Made by a program: the position numbers and the translations under genes
Shown here: positions 45,933 to 56,391 of the stretch, piece by piece
Layout: each line of letters opens with the position of its first letter
Position numbering within the stretch: position 1 is the stretch's first letter
Notes under the pieces: generated by a model
Database searches by the model: none
What the model saw: the letters and a program-made list of their open reading frames with translations, nothing else
Told to the model about the DNA's origin: nothing
NCBI GenBank assembly: GCA_900549725.1
Contig: URPL01000007.1
Span: 6,031 to 70,030, forward strand
Origin: an uncultured Eubacteriales bacterium
GTDB taxonomy: Bacteria; Bacillota; Clostridia; Oscillospirales; CAG-272
Direction of reading: 5' to 3'
Length of the DNA: 64,000 nt

Positions 45933-47291
45933 GTGAAAATCGTGATTGCCGGTATCGGCAAGGTCGGTGCAAGCCTGACAAGGCAGCTATGCGACGAAGG
46001 GAACGATCTGACGCTGATCGATTCGGACGCGGCTGTTTTGGAAGCAACGATGGAGCAGCATGATGTGATGGCAGTCGTGGGGAATTGCGCAACGCGCACG
46101 ACTTTGGAGCAGGCGGGCATTGAGGATGCGGACCTTTTGATCGCTTCCAGCGGGGAAGACGAGGTGAACCTTTTGTGCTGCATGGTGGCGCATGCACTGA
46201 ACCCGAAGCTTCATACCATTGCCCGCATCCGCAATCCGGAGTATACCGATCAGATCTGGCAGATGCGCGATACCTTTGCGCTTTCCCTGACGGTGAATCC
46301 GGAGCGGCGCGCTGCGCAGGAGATCGAGCGGCTTTTGAAATACCCCGGCTTCCTTAAGCGCGACAGCTTTGCAAAGGGGCGTTCGGAAATTGTGGAGCTG
46401 CGCATTGAGCGGGATTCGCTGCTTTGCAATGTGCCGCTGAAGGATATGGGGCGGCTTACAAAATGCAAAACGCTGGTTTGCGTGGTGTTACGCCACGGAG
46501 AAGCCATTGTTCCTTCGGGCGATTTTGTGCTTGCAGAGGGGGATCGCATTTTTGTTACGGCACCTCTGAATGAATTGACGGCGCTCTTGCGCAGCCTGAA
46601 AATCACAACACGCCGCGTGCGCCGCGTGCTTATCTGCGGCGGAGGCAAGATCGGATATTATCTTGCAGCGCAGCTCAGCCGTGACGGTGTTGCCGTGCAG
46701 CTTTTGGAGCGGGATGAGAAAAAATGTGAGCAGCTTGCTGCGCAGCTTCCGCAGGCGGATGTTGTGTGCGCGGACGCTGCCAATTTGCAGATTTTGGAGA
46801 GCGAGGGCATTGCAAACTGCGATGCATTTGTGATGCTGACGGGGATGGACGAGCTGAATATCATCCTTTCTCTGTACGGCAAAAATCTCGGTGTGCCGCA
46901 GGTGATTGCAAAGCTTTCGCATTTTAACAACAATGCCGTGCTGAACGGACTTTCGCTCGGCAGCATCGTGTGCCCGGATGAGCTGTGCTGCAGCACGATC
47001 GTGCGTTATGTCCGCGCAATGAAAAATCAGGCGGGAGCTGCGCAATCGGTGCATTTTATTGCCGATCGCCGCGCGGAGGCGGCGGAATTTCGCATTGAAA
47101 AAGGAGCACCGCATTGTGAGGAACCCTTAAAGCAGCTCAGGTTGCGCGACAATCTGCTGATCGCCTCCATTACGCGGCACGGCAAAACGGTGATCCCGGA
47201 CGGCGAAAGCTACTTTACCGAGGGCGACAGCGTTGTGGTTGTGACAACGGGAAAAAATGTATTGTATCGCTTTTCCGATATTTTTGCCTGA
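45933..47291 (+). CDS. trkA: Trk system potassium uptake protein TrkA (two RCK/NAD-binding modules)
   Basis: KIVIAGIGKVGASL and a second VLICGGGKIGYYLA Rossmann motif. 452 aa. Confidence 0.9.
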   Translation: MKIVIAGIGKVGASLTRQLCDEGNDLTLIDSDAAVLEATMEQHDVMAVVGNCATRTTLEQAGIEDADLLIASSGEDEVNLLCCMVAHALNPKLHTIARIRNPEYTDQIWQMRDTFALSLTVNPERRAAQEIERLLKYPGFLKRDSFAKGRSEIVELRIERDSLLCNVPLKDMGRLTKCKTLVCVVLRHGEAIVPSGDFVLAEGDRIFVTAPLNELTALLRSLKITTRRVRRVLICGGGKIGYYLAAQLSRDGVAVQLLERDEKKCEQLAAQLPQADVVCADAANLQILESEGIANCDAFVMLTGMDELNIILSLYGKNLGVPQVIAKLSHFNNNAVLNGLSLGSIVCPDELCCSTIVRYVRAMKNQAGAAQSVHFIADRRAEAAEFRIEKGAPHCEEPLKQLRLRDNLLIASITRHGKTVIPDGESYFTEGDSVVVVTTGKNVLYRFSDIFA

Positions 47292-47310
47292 GGTATAAGG
47301 AGCGTTTTAC

Positions 47311-48759
47311 ATGAATTATCGCATTATTTTCCGCTTGCTCGGGCAGATTTTGCTGGTGGAGGCAGTTTTTTTGCTCCCCTCTGCCGGTCTTTGCTTTTTC
47401 GATGGACAGGGGAACAGCGCCGCTGCCTTTTTGCTCAGCGCGCTTGCCTGCGCCGTGTGCGGCTCTGTTTTCTTTCTCATCGGCAGAAAAGCCAACCGTA
47501 CCTTTTTTGCAAGAGAGGGGTTTGTCTGTGTCGGGCTTTCGTGGATCGTGATGAGCCTGTTCGGTGCGCTGCCGTTTTTCCTTTCCGGGGAGATTCCCTC
47601 CTATCTTGATGCCCTGTTTGAAATCGTTTCCGGGTTCACCACAACCGGTTCCTCAATTTTGCCGAATGTGGAGGCGCTTTCGCGCGGGGTGCTTTTGTGG
47701 CGCTCATTCAGCCATTGGCTGGGCGGCATGGGCGTGCTTGTGTTTCTTTTGGCAATCGCGCCCGGCGAAAAAGGCGGCTTTTCGCTGCATCTTTTGCGTG
47801 CGGAGAGCCCGGGGCCGAATGTCGGCAAGCTGGTGCCGAAAATGAAGCGCACGGCGCTGATTCTCTATTTGCTTTATATCGTTTTAACCGTCTGCAACCT
47901 GATATTTCTTCTGTGCGGCGGCATGCCGTGGTTTGATGCGCTTTGCACCGCGTTCGGCACGGCAGGTACAGGGGGCTTCGGCATCTGCGCGGACAGCATG
48001 GCATCCTACAGCCCGTATCTGCAAACGGTGACCACAGTATTTATGTTCCTGTTCGGCGTGAATTTCACGCTGTATTATTGGGCGGTGCTGCGGCAATTCC
48101 GCAGCATTGCAAAAAACGAGGAAATTCGCCTGTATCTCGGGCTTGCCGTGCTTTCCACGGCTGTGATTGCATGGAATATTGCGCCGCAGCTCGGCAGCGT
48201 GCGCTCAGCGATTCATCATGCTGCTTTTCAGGTTTCCAGCGTGATGACGACAACGGGTTTTTCCACGGCTGATTTCAATGCATGGCCCAATCTCTCCAAG
48301 ACGATTCTGTTGCTTTTGATGATTATCGGTGCATGTGCGGGCAGCACCGGCGGCGGGCTCAAATGCGCCCGTGTGGTGCTTCTTTGGAAGAACTTCAAGC
48401 GCAATATCCGCAAAATTCTGCACCCGCAGAGCGTGAAGCTGGTACGCGCGGACGGCGTTGTTGTGAACGAAGAGGTCATGAAGGCGACAAATCTTTACCT
48501 TGTGACCTATACCGGGATTTTGCTTTTCAGCTGGCTCGTCATTTCCTTCGACGGCTTTGATATCGAAACAAATCTTTCTGCGGTGTTCTCCTGCTTCAAC
48601 AACATCGGGCCGGGGCTCGGTGTTGTAGGGCCGATGGGCAATTTTGCGGCCTTCGGTGTGTTATCCAAGCTTGTTTTGATTTTTGATATGCTTGCGGGGC
48701 GGCTTGAGCTGTTCCCGATTTTGGTGCTGCTTGCCCCCTCCACCTGGCGGCGCAGATAA
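47311..48759 (+). CDS. trkH: TrkH-family potassium transporter
   Basis: 482 aa polytopic protein with repeated selectivity-filter-like TTTG/TAGTGGFG/TTTGFS/STGGG segments. Confidence 0.9.
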   Translation: MNYRIIFRLLGQILLVEAVFLLPSAGLCFFDGQGNSAAAFLLSALACAVCGSVFFLIGRKANRTFFAREGFVCVGLSWIVMSLFGALPFFLSGEIPSYLDALFEIVSGFTTTGSSILPNVEALSRGVLLWRSFSHWLGGMGVLVFLLAIAPGEKGGFSLHLLRAESPGPNVGKLVPKMKRTALILYLLYIVLTVCNLIFLLCGGMPWFDALCTAFGTAGTGGFGICADSMASYSPYLQTVTTVFMFLFGVNFTLYYWAVLRQFRSIAKNEEIRLYLGLAVLSTAVIAWNIAPQLGSVRSAIHHAAFQVSSVMTTTGFSTADFNAWPNLSKTILLLLMIIGACAGSTGGGLKCARVVLLWKNFKRNIRKILHPQSVKLVRADGVVVNEEVMKATNLYLVTYTGILLFSWLVISFDGFDIETNLSAVFSCFNNIGPGLGVVGPMGNFAAFGVLSKLVLIFDMLAGRLELFPILVLLAPSTWRRR

Positions 48760-48778
48760 AATGCAAAAGGAGAAAACC

Positions 48779-49231
48779 ATGGAGAGCGGACGAATTTTGG
48801 GTGTGGATCTTGGAGATGCGAGAACAGGGCTTGCCCTGTCCGATCCATCCGGTTTTTTGGCAGGCGGAATCGGCATGATTCAAAGCGGCTGGATGGAAGG
48901 GGTTGCAAAAGAGGTGGCAAAAACGGCGCAGGAGCGGGGCGCGGTGAGGATTGTTGTCGGCATGCCGGTCAATATGAACGGAACCCGGGGGCCACGCTGC
49001 GAAAAGGTGCAGGCGTTTTGCGCGCTGTTGCGCGGCATGACGGAAATCCCCGTGGAGCTGTTTGATGAGCGGCTCTCCACCTGCGAGGCACACCGCTTTT
49101 TAAGCGAAACGGGGACACGCGGAAAAAAGCGCCGCGGCGTCGTCGACACGCTTTCTGCTCAGATCATTTTGCAGGATTATCTGGATCGGCAGAAAAAAGA
49201 GAGAAAAAAAGAAACGGAGGAAAAGGCGTGA
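48779..49231 (+). CDS. ruvX: Holliday-junction resolvase-like RuvX/YqgF
   Basis: AAAGGAG SD. Starts MESGRILGVDLGDARTGLALSD and has SAQIILQDYLD near the C-terminus. Confidence 0.85.
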   Translation: MESGRILGVDLGDARTGLALSDPSGFLAGGIGMIQSGWMEGVAKEVAKTAQERGAVRIVVGMPVNMNGTRGPRCEKVQAFCALLRGMTEIPVELFDERLSTCEAHRFLSETGTRGKKRRGVVDTLSAQIILQDYLDRQKKERKKETEEKA

Positions 49232-50076
49232 ATACGGCACGAAAACCCGTTGCAAGGCAGGGAAGCGACCCGCTCTTTGAGACACGACATATGCGGCAGA
49301 TCACGGTTTTGTCGCTCATTGTCATGCTGCTGCTCGGCGCTTTGATTTCCGTCGGCCTCGGCGCTCTGACCGCGCACTTTGCAAGCGATGTTGTTCACAA
49401 AACCCTGTATGCCGTTTTGAAAACAGTGTGCGGGATTGCGGAGCCGCTGCTCCAATTTTTCGCCTTCGGCATTTTGGGATATTCCGTGATGCGCTGGGGC
49501 TTTTCCAAAAGCAGCCGCATCTTTTTACTCGTGCTTTGCTGCGTTTTTGTGCAGCAGCTCGGCTCGTTTGTCTCTCTTTGCGTTTATTACACGCCGAAGA
49601 TTGCGTTTGAATCGATTTTGCCGAGCCAGTCTCTTGTGCTGCTGCTCAATCTTTGTATTGTTCTTTTGGAGGTTGGGGTGCAGGCGGCATTTTGTGCGAT
49701 CTACCGTGCAAAACATACCGATAAGGCCGTGATGTCCGTCGGTATCACAAAGAAAAATGCGTTTTCCCGCAAAAATCCGCTCTCCCGCGTTTATTTCGTG
49801 ATGAATCTGTTGGCTGTTTTGTTCAGCTTGATTCCCGCGGTCCTGCAGGCGATTTCGGATTATCGGGAGCTCGGCTTTTTCCAGAATCTCAGTGAGTTTT
49901 TTACATTTATCATGCCGTTTTTATGGATTGTGCTGTTCTTCTTCCTCGGCTATGTCTTTTTGTGCCTGGGCGGCTATACGGCAACGCGCTGCTTGACGGC
50001 GCTGCGCAGGCGGCAAACCGCATCGGGCGCAGCCCCCGGAGAAAAACAGACGCCGGGAGCGGAAAGCGGAAAGTGA
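49228..50076 (+). CDS. Hypothetical polytopic membrane protein
   Basis: GTG start overlapping the ruvX stop. At least 6 hydrophobic helices. No recognised family. The start is uncertain. Confidence 0.5.
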   Translation: MNTARKPVARQGSDPLFETRHMRQITVLSLIVMLLLGALISVGLGALTAHFASDVVHKTLYAVLKTVCGIAEPLLQFFAFGILGYSVMRWGFSKSSRIFLLVLCCVFVQQLGSFVSLCVYYTPKIAFESILPSQSLVLLLNLCIVLLEVGVQAAFCAIYRAKHTDKAVMSVGITKKNAFSRKNPLSRVYFVMNLLAVLFSLIPAVLQAISDYRELGFFQNLSEFFTFIMPFLWIVLFFFLGYVFLCLGGYTATRCLTALRRRQTASGAAPGEKQTPGAESGK

Positions 50077-50086
50077 GCAACGGCAT

Positions 50087-50587
50087 ATGGAGTTGAAAGC
50101 GGTGCGGCTTTGCCAGGCGCGGGAGGAAGATATTTCCGCCTGCCTTGCAATTTATAATACCTCTATTCAAAATACAACGATCACCTTTGAAGAGGAACCG
50201 CTCTTGATGCCGGCTTTTACGGCGCGCGTGCGCAGAATTACGGAGCAATAACCGTTTTTCCTTGCCAAAAGCGGTGAAAAGGTGCGCGGCTATGCCTATC
50301 TTGACCGCTACAATGAGTGCAGCGCCTATTGCTGCACGGCGGATCTCTACGTTTACCTCGCGCAGGATGCCCGCGGGCACGGAATCGGTGCGCTCCTTTA
50401 TAAAGCGATTGAAGAAGCGGGGCGGGCAATGGGGCTGCACAGCATAGTTTCCATTGTTACGGGAGAGAACACGGGCAGCGTGCACTTTCATGAGAAAATG
50501 GGATTTTGCCGCGTCGGAAAAATCGCGGAGGAGGGCCCAAGATTCGGGTGCCGCCCGGATATGTTTTTCTATCAGAAGCTGCTGTGA
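50087..50587 (+). pseudogene. GNAT acetyltransferase (phosphinothricin-N-acetyltransferase-like) interrupted by an in-frame TAA
   Basis: ATG 50087 opens a 54-codon segment (MELKAVRLCQAREEDISACLAIYN...RVRRITEQ) that ends at TAA 50249..50251. The same frame then continues PFFLAKSGEKVRGYAYLDRYNE...ARGHGIGALLYKAIE...HEKMGFCRVG to the stop at 50587. Together these make a normal ~166-aa GNAT, and the stop sits where family members carry Tyr (TAT/TAC). Confidence 0.65.
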
Positions 50588-50701
50588 GATCATGCGCGGC
50601 GATATATCCGCTTTGACCGTCGGCGTTTGCAAAGTCATTGTGCATAAAAAGAGAGAACCGCATTTGCCTTGGGCAGATACGGTTCTCTTTTTTCGGAATA
50701 G

Positions 50702-51319
50702 TTACGCGCGGATGTGGTCCTCAATGCGCGTAAAAATCATTTCAAGCGCCACCAGGTTTTTTCCGCCCTCCGGAATGATCAGATCGGCATTTTTACGGCT
50801 GGGCTGCACGTATTGCTCATGCATGGGCTTGACGGTTTCAAGATACTGATTGATCACGCTGTCCAGCGAACGCCCGCGGTCGCGCACGTCGCGGCGGATG
50901 CGCCGCAAAATGCGGACATCGGCATCCGTATCTACAAAAAGCTTGATATCCATGTGCGAGCAAAGCGCCTCATCTGCAAAAATCAGAATACCTTCCACAA
51001 TGATGACCTGCGTCGGCTCAATATGCTCCGTTTTTTCGGAGCGATTGTGCACGGTGTAGTCATAAACGGGGCAATCAATCGGAATCCCGGCGCGCAAAAG
51101 CTTGAGATGCTCGATCAAAAGCTCGGTTTCAAAAGCCTCGGGGCAATCATAGTTGAGCGCTGCCCGCTGCTCATAGTCAAGATCGGGATGGGCACGGTAA
51201 TAGTTATCATGGCGGATCACCGTCACATCCTCGCCGAAATGCCGCACGATTTGCTTTGTCAGGGTAGTTTTTCCGCTGCCGGTGCCCCCGGCAATGCCGA
51301 TCAGAATAGGGGGATTCAT
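50702..51319 (-). CDS. udk: Uridine kinase
   Basis: Start at MNPPILIGIAGGTGSGKTT (P-loop). Has a DNYY block and a PEGG block. Confidence 0.9.
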   Translation of the reverse strand: MNPPILIGIAGGTGSGKTTLTKQIVRHFGEDVTVIRHDNYYRAHPDLDYEQRAALNYDCPEAFETELLIEHLKLLRAGIPIDCPVYDYTVHNRSEKTEHIEPTQVIIVEGILIFADEALCSHMDIKLFVDTDADVRILRRIRRDVRDRGRSLDSVINQYLETVKPMHEQYVQPSRKNADLIIPEGGKNLVALEMIFTRIEDHIRA

Positions 51320-51348
51320 GTTTTTTTCCTTTCTTGTCTGCCGCTTGG

Positions 51349-52656
51349 TTATTCTGCATGAATGGTTTTGAAAATCAGGGGAATCGGCTCCGGCGCTTCC
51401 TCCGAGAAACGGAGCGCACCGCAAAATTCCGCGGCAGCGTCGTCAAATAATGCGGGATCGTTGGCATACAGCGTGGCAATCACATCGCCGCTGCGGAGGC
51501 AGTCGCCCGTTTTGGCATGCAGCAAAATGCCGGCACCCGGGTCGATACGGTCTTCCTTTTTTGCTCTGCCCGCACCGAGCAGCACGGAGGAAATTCCGAT
51601 TTGCTCGGTATTCATATGGCAAAGATAGCCGTCCCGATCACTCAGAATGTCAAAATGATGGGTTGCCTGCGGCAGGAGCGCGGGGTTTTCCACGGCTTTG
51701 CGGTCGCCGCCCTGTGCCTCGATCCATTCGCAGAATTTTGCAAATGCTTTGCCGCTGTCGATTGCGTCCCTCACAGCTGCCTCTGCTGCCTCGCGCGGCA
51801 GCTGCAGGCAGAGCATCGTCATTTCCGTCGCAAGGTCGCAGCACAGCGTGCGCAGATCCTGCGGGCCTTCTCCGCGCAAAACGGAAATCGCTTCTTTGAC
51901 CTCAAGCGCGTTCCCGATCGCATTGCCCAGCGGCAGATCCATATCGGTGATGACGGCGGTCATACGGCGCCCGTTCAGCGTGCCGATGCGCACCATTTCT
52001 TTTGCAAGGGTTTCCGCCTGCTGCGGCGTTTTACAAAACGAGCCGCTGCCGCATTTGACATCCAGGACAATGGAGTGCGCGCCCGCCGCCAGCTTTTTCG
52101 ACATGATGCTGGAGACGATGAGGGGAATGGAATTGACTGTCGCCGTAACATCCCGCAGGGCATACAGCTTTTTATCCGCCGGGGCAAGATTTGCCGTTTG
52201 CCCGACCACCGCGACGCCGATGCGCTCCACCTGACTCAGAAAAGCCTCTTCCGAAAGCGCGGTTTTGTAGCCGGGGATGGATTCCAGCTTATCCACCGTG
52301 CCGCCGGTATGACCCAGGCCGCGCCCAGAGACCTTTGCAACCTTGCCGCCCAGCGAGGCGACAATGGGGGCTAAAATCAGCGTTGTTTTGTCGCCGACAC
52401 CGCCCGTTGAGTGTTTATCCACGGAGAATGTTCCGAATCGCTCCAGGTTGATGCGGTCGCCCGAGTCTGCCATGGCATCGGTCAGAACCGCCGTTTCCTC
52501 TGCGCTCATGCCGCGGAAGAAAACTGCCATGGCAAATGCAGCCATTTGATAATCCGGGACGGTTCCTGCGGTATATTCTTTGATCAGCGTGCGGAGCTCT
52601 TCCTCCGTCAGCGCTTCGCCGTCCCGCTTTTTTGCAATCAAATCATACATACGCAT
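51349..52656 (-). CDS. pdp: Pyrimidine-nucleoside (thymidine) phosphorylase
   Basis: 435 aa. Has MRMYDLIAKKRDG, DKHSTGGVGDKTTL and a SGRGLGHTGGTVDKLE block. Confidence 0.9.
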   Translation of the reverse strand: MRMYDLIAKKRDGEALTEEELRTLIKEYTAGTVPDYQMAAFAMAVFFRGMSAEETAVLTDAMADSGDRINLERFGTFSVDKHSTGGVGDKTTLILAPIVASLGGKVAKVSGRGLGHTGGTVDKLESIPGYKTALSEEAFLSQVERIGVAVVGQTANLAPADKKLYALRDVTATVNSIPLIVSSIMSKKLAAGAHSIVLDVKCGSGSFCKTPQQAETLAKEMVRIGTLNGRRMTAVITDMDLPLGNAIGNALEVKEAISVLRGEGPQDLRTLCCDLATEMTMLCLQLPREAAEAAVRDAIDSGKAFAKFCEWIEAQGGDRKAVENPALLPQATHHFDILSDRDGYLCHMNTEQIGISSVLLGAGRAKKEDRIDPGAGILLHAKTGDCLRSGDVIATLYANDPALFDDAAAEFCGALRFSEEAPEPIPLIFKTIHAE

Positions 52657-52686
52657 GATGCGTTTCCTCCTTTTCCTAAAAAACGA

Positions 52687-53631
52687 TCAGCGTTGTCCTT
52701 TGTCGTAAGGAATGCCCTCTGCTTTCGGCGCGCGCGATTTCTTGGAGGCAAAGGCGAGCACGAGCAGGGAAATTACATACGGCATCATGTTGTAAACGGC
52801 GCTGCCGATGTTGAGATCTGCCAAAAACGAAATGCCGGAATAGGTGTTGGAAAGCGCGCGGCACAGCCCGAAGAGCAGCGCTGCAAGAGCAATGCGCACG
52901 GGCTTCCACTGCCCGAAGATCATCACGGCGAGGGAAAGGAAGCCAAAGCCCATAACGCCGCCTTCGAATTTCCATTCGCTGACCCCGGCGACAATATAGG
53001 TGATGCCGCCGAGCCCGCCGAGCGCGCCGGAAATCAGAACGCCCGCATAGCGCATTTTATGCACATTGATGCCGACGCTGTCGGCAGCCTGCGGATGTTC
53101 GCCGCATGCCATCAGGCGCAGACCGAAGCGGGTCTTATACAGCGTGATATATGCGGCGATCAAAACAACAAGCGTCAAAACGCAGAACCAGTTGCTCTCA
53201 AAAGAGCCGATTTTAAAGACGAGATGCTGCTTTGGCTCAATATAGCGAACCACGGCGCTGCCGGAGTTTCCGCCGGCATTGATTGCCTTGATAATAACGA
53301 CCGCAGCGGCGGTTGCCAGCATATTCAGCGCGGTGCCGATGATGGTTTGGTCGGCGCGGAAGCGGATGCATGCAACGCCGAGAAACAGGGAATAGAACAT
53401 TCCAAGGGCAACGGAGGCGACAACGGCAAGCACAAAGTATAAAAAGCCGGGAGCGCTCGGCGCCGCCTCATACAGAAACCGCATTGCCAAAGAGCCGCCC
53501 ATTGCACCAACGACCATGATGCCCTCAAGCCCGAGGTTGATTACGCCGGAGCGCTCGGAAAAGCACCCGCCAAGGGCGACAAGAATCAAAACGGAGGCAT
53601 ACAGCAGGGTATATTGCAGCAATAATGTCAT
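52687..53631 (-). CDS. ABC transporter permease (BMP/nucleoside-type)
   Basis: 314 aa polytopic protein. 4-nt overlap with the upstream permease. Part of the BMP-type importer. Confidence 0.8.
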   Translation of the reverse strand: MTLLLQYTLLYASVLILVALGGCFSERSGVINLGLEGIMVVGAMGGSLAMRFLYEAAPSAPGFLYFVLAVVASVALGMFYSLFLGVACIRFRADQTIIGTALNMLATAAAVVIIKAINAGGNSGSAVVRYIEPKQHLVFKIGSFESNWFCVLTLVVLIAAYITLYKTRFGLRLMACGEHPQAADSVGINVHKMRYAGVLISGALGGLGGITYIVAGVSEWKFEGGVMGFGFLSLAVMIFGQWKPVRIALAALLFGLCRALSNTYSGISFLADLNIGSAVYNMMPYVISLLVLAFASKKSRAPKAEGIPYDKGQR

Positions 53632-54779
53632 TTTGCATCTCCTCCTTCCGGGTTTTTCGCGGCGTTATCTGCGGCGGCCTTCGCCTGTCTTTCTTTCTCT
53701 TCTTTTCTTTGCAGAATGCGGTTAAACGCATATTTGGTGAAGAGCACGAAGCCGCACAGATAAATGATGATCGCGGAAATGAGCTGCGAAATTTCGGAGC
53801 TGTACAAATTCGTATCAACATGCATGCCGCCGTCGGTGATATGCTGAATGAAGAACGAAGAGAAAATGCTGCCGACGGGGTTCAAACCGCCGAGAAATGC
53901 GGCTGCAATCCCGTTGAAGCCCATGTTCGGCACGGAGGAGCTGGAGCAGCTCCATTGTTCAATGCCCGTGAGGTAGAACAGTCCTGCGCCGCAGCCTGCC
54001 AATGCACCGCCGATGACAAGCGCAATGACAATATTCCATTTTTCCGGCATGCCGGCATATTTGGCGGCATTTTTGTTAAATCCGGTTGCTTTGAGCTCAT
54101 AACCGAAGCGGGTTTTTTCAAGCACCACCCAAACCAAGACGGCAAGCAGAACCGCAATGAGCAGGGCAATGGTGACATATTTGTTGTTATTGAACAGCTT
54201 TTCAAGCCCGAGTGACGGCATAATCGCAGTTTTGGGAAGACCTTTTGTATAGGGGCTTGTCGGCTCTTTGACCGCGGTCAGCAGCACATTGGTGCAATAC
54301 AGCGCAATCCAGTTCAGCATGATTCCGCTGATAACCTCATTGACATTGCAATATGCCTTGAGCAGACCGCTGATGCAGCCGAGCAGCGCGCCGGCTGCAA
54401 CGGCAAGCAAAAGGCAAGTCCACCAGGGCAGCCCGAGCGCAATCGCGCCGTACAGCGACAAGGCGATGCCCGCGCAGTATTGCCCTGCCGCGCCGATGTT
54501 GAAAAGGCCGACCTTATAGCAGAACAGAATGGAAAGAGAGCAAAGAATCAGAGGTGCCGTTTTGACCAGGGTATTGCCGAGGTTTTTCAAAATCAGGGCT
54601 TTTTTTGTGTAACCCAAAAAATTCTTTGTCAGATCCAGAATGCTTTTCCACGCGCCCTCCGGGTTGATGCAGAGCAGCACAATGTAGCCGATAAAAAGCC
54701 CCAAAAGAATGCAGAGCAGGGAAGCGAAAACAGATTGCAGCCCGTCGTTTTTCAGCAATTTACGAAGCCGTGTTTTCAT
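53628..54779 (-). CDS. ABC transporter permease (BMP/nucleoside-type)
   Basis: 383 aa polytopic protein. 4-nt overlap with the ATPase gene. Confidence 0.8.
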   Translation of the reverse strand: MKTRLRKLLKNDGLQSVFASLLCILLGLFIGYIVLLCINPEGAWKSILDLTKNFLGYTKKALILKNLGNTLVKTAPLILCSLSILFCYKVGLFNIGAAGQYCAGIALSLYGAIALGLPWWTCLLLAVAAGALLGCISGLLKAYCNVNEVISGIMLNWIALYCTNVLLTAVKEPTSPYTKGLPKTAIMPSLGLEKLFNNNKYVTIALLIAVLLAVLVWVVLEKTRFGYELKATGFNKNAAKYAGMPEKWNIVIALVIGGALAGCGAGLFYLTGIEQWSCSSSSVPNMGFNGIAAAFLGGLNPVGSIFSSFFIQHITDGGMHVDTNLYSSEISQLISAIIIYLCGFVLFTKYAFNRILQRKEEKERQAKAAADNAAKNPEGGDAK

Positions 54780-56308
54780 ACGGTTGCCCTCCTTTTTGCA
54801 CCGGACATGTAAAGACCGAGCTCCTCCGGCGTTGTTGTTTTCGGGTCAAGCTCGCCGACGATCTCGCCCTCATACATCACCAAAATACGGTCGGAAACGC
54901 TGAGAACCTCGTCAAGCTCCAGCGAAACGAGCAAAACTGCCTTGCCGGCATCCCGCTGCGCAACGAGCTCTTTGTGGATGAATTCGATCGCGCCGACATC
55001 CAAGCCACGTGTGGGCTGCACAGCGATGAGCAGGGAAGGGGCGCGGTCCAGTTCTCTTGCAACAATAGCTTTTTGCTGGTTCCCGCCGGACATGGAGCGT
55101 GCCTTTGTGATAGGTCCCTGCCCTGAGCGAATATCAAAGGAATCGATGAGACGCTGTGCATATTCCGTGATATTTTTCCGCTTCAAAAAACCGGCGTGTG
55201 AGCAGAATTGCGGTTCATAATAGCGCTGCAGAACAAGATTTTCAGCAAGTGTGTAATCCAGCACAAGACCGTGCTTGTGGCGGTCTTCGGGAATGTGGCT
55301 CATATGCAGCTTGCTCCTGCGGCGGATGGAGGCATTTGTAATATCGGTTCCGCTTAGAGTGATTTTTCCGCTTTTTGCTTTTTCAAGGCCGGTCAGCCCG
55401 TAAACAAGCTCCGTCTGCCCGTTTCCGTCGATGCCGGCAATGCATACGATCTCGCCCGCGCGCGCCTCAAAGGAAACATTGCGTACGCTTTCTTTTTTAT
55501 TACCCAGGCTGTGCATGGTGAGCCCCTGCACGCAAAGGATCGGCTCCTTCGGCTGCGCCGGCTCTTTATGCACCTCAAATTCGACATTTCTGCCAACCAT
55601 CATGCGGGAAAGCTCTTCCTTGGAGGTATCCTTGATGGAAACGGTGCCGACATATTTGCCCTTGCGCAAAACGGTGCAGCGATCGGCAACACTCATGATT
55701 TCGTTGAGCTTGTGAGAGATGAAGAGAATAGATTTTCCCTCTTTCGCGAGGTTTTTCATAATCTGCATCAGCTCGTCGATCTCCTGCGGGGTCAAAACGG
55801 CGGTCGGCTCGTCAAAAATAAGAATATCATTGTCGCGATACAGCATTTTCAGAATTTCCGTGCGCTGCTGCATGCCGACGGTGATATTTTCGATGATTGC
55901 ATCGGGGTCGATAAAAAGCCCATATTTTTCGGAGAGAGCTGTCACTTTTTTGCGCGCTTCCGATTTTTTGAGAAAGCCGAGTGTGTTTGGCTCAACGCCA
56001 AGGATAATATTGTCCAGAACGGAGAAGCATTCCACCAGCTTGAAATGCTGATGCACCATGCCGATGCCCAGCGCGTTGGCATCGTTCGGATCGCGGATCT
56101 CCACGGGCTTTCCGTCTTTGCGGATCTCGCCCTGTTCCGCCTGATACAGCCCGAACAGCACGCTCATCAGCGTGGATTTTCCCGCGCCGTTTTCGCCGAG
56201 CAGGGCATGAATTTCGCCCTTTTTCAACTGCAGGGAAATATTATCGTTGGCGATGATACCGGGAAAGCGCTTGGTAATGCCGAGCATTTCAATTGCATAC
56301 TGTTCCAT
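54776..56308 (-). CDS. ABC transporter ATP-binding protein, tandem-cassette (nucleoside/sugar type)
   Basis: 510 aa with two cassettes. First Walker A GENGAGKST and signature VGMQQR. Second signature MSGGNQQK. Confidence 0.88.
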   Translation of the reverse strand: MEQYAIEMLGITKRFPGIIANDNISLQLKKGEIHALLGENGAGKSTLMSVLFGLYQAEQGEIRKDGKPVEIRDPNDANALGIGMVHQHFKLVECFSVLDNIILGVEPNTLGFLKKSEARKKVTALSEKYGLFIDPDAIIENITVGMQQRTEILKMLYRDNDILIFDEPTAVLTPQEIDELMQIMKNLAKEGKSILFISHKLNEIMSVADRCTVLRKGKYVGTVSIKDTSKEELSRMMVGRNVEFEVHKEPAQPKEPILCVQGLTMHSLGNKKESVRNVSFEARAGEIVCIAGIDGNGQTELVYGLTGLEKAKSGKITLSGTDITNASIRRRSKLHMSHIPEDRHKHGLVLDYTLAENLVLQRYYEPQFCSHAGFLKRKNITEYAQRLIDSFDIRSGQGPITKARSMSGGNQQKAIVARELDRAPSLLIAVQPTRGLDVGAIEFIHKELVAQRDAGKAVLLVSLELDEVLSVSDRILVMYEGEIVGELDPKTTTPEELGLYMSGAKRRATV

Positions 56309-56358
56309 GTGTCATCTGCCCTTCTTCTTTGTCGTTTTTTGAGTTTTCTTCGTTTTTG

Positions 56359-56391
56359 AAAAAAAGCGGGGGTGCCCAAAAGGACACCCCC
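56359..56391 (-). terminator. Intercistronic intrinsic terminator/attenuator between SBP and ATPase genes
   Basis: On the minus-strand RNA: GGGGGUGUCC-UUUU-GGGCACCCCC (10 bp including one G-U), followed by GC + UUUUUUU. On the plus strand the same position is a C-A mismatch, which supports minus-strand function. Confidence 0.65.
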
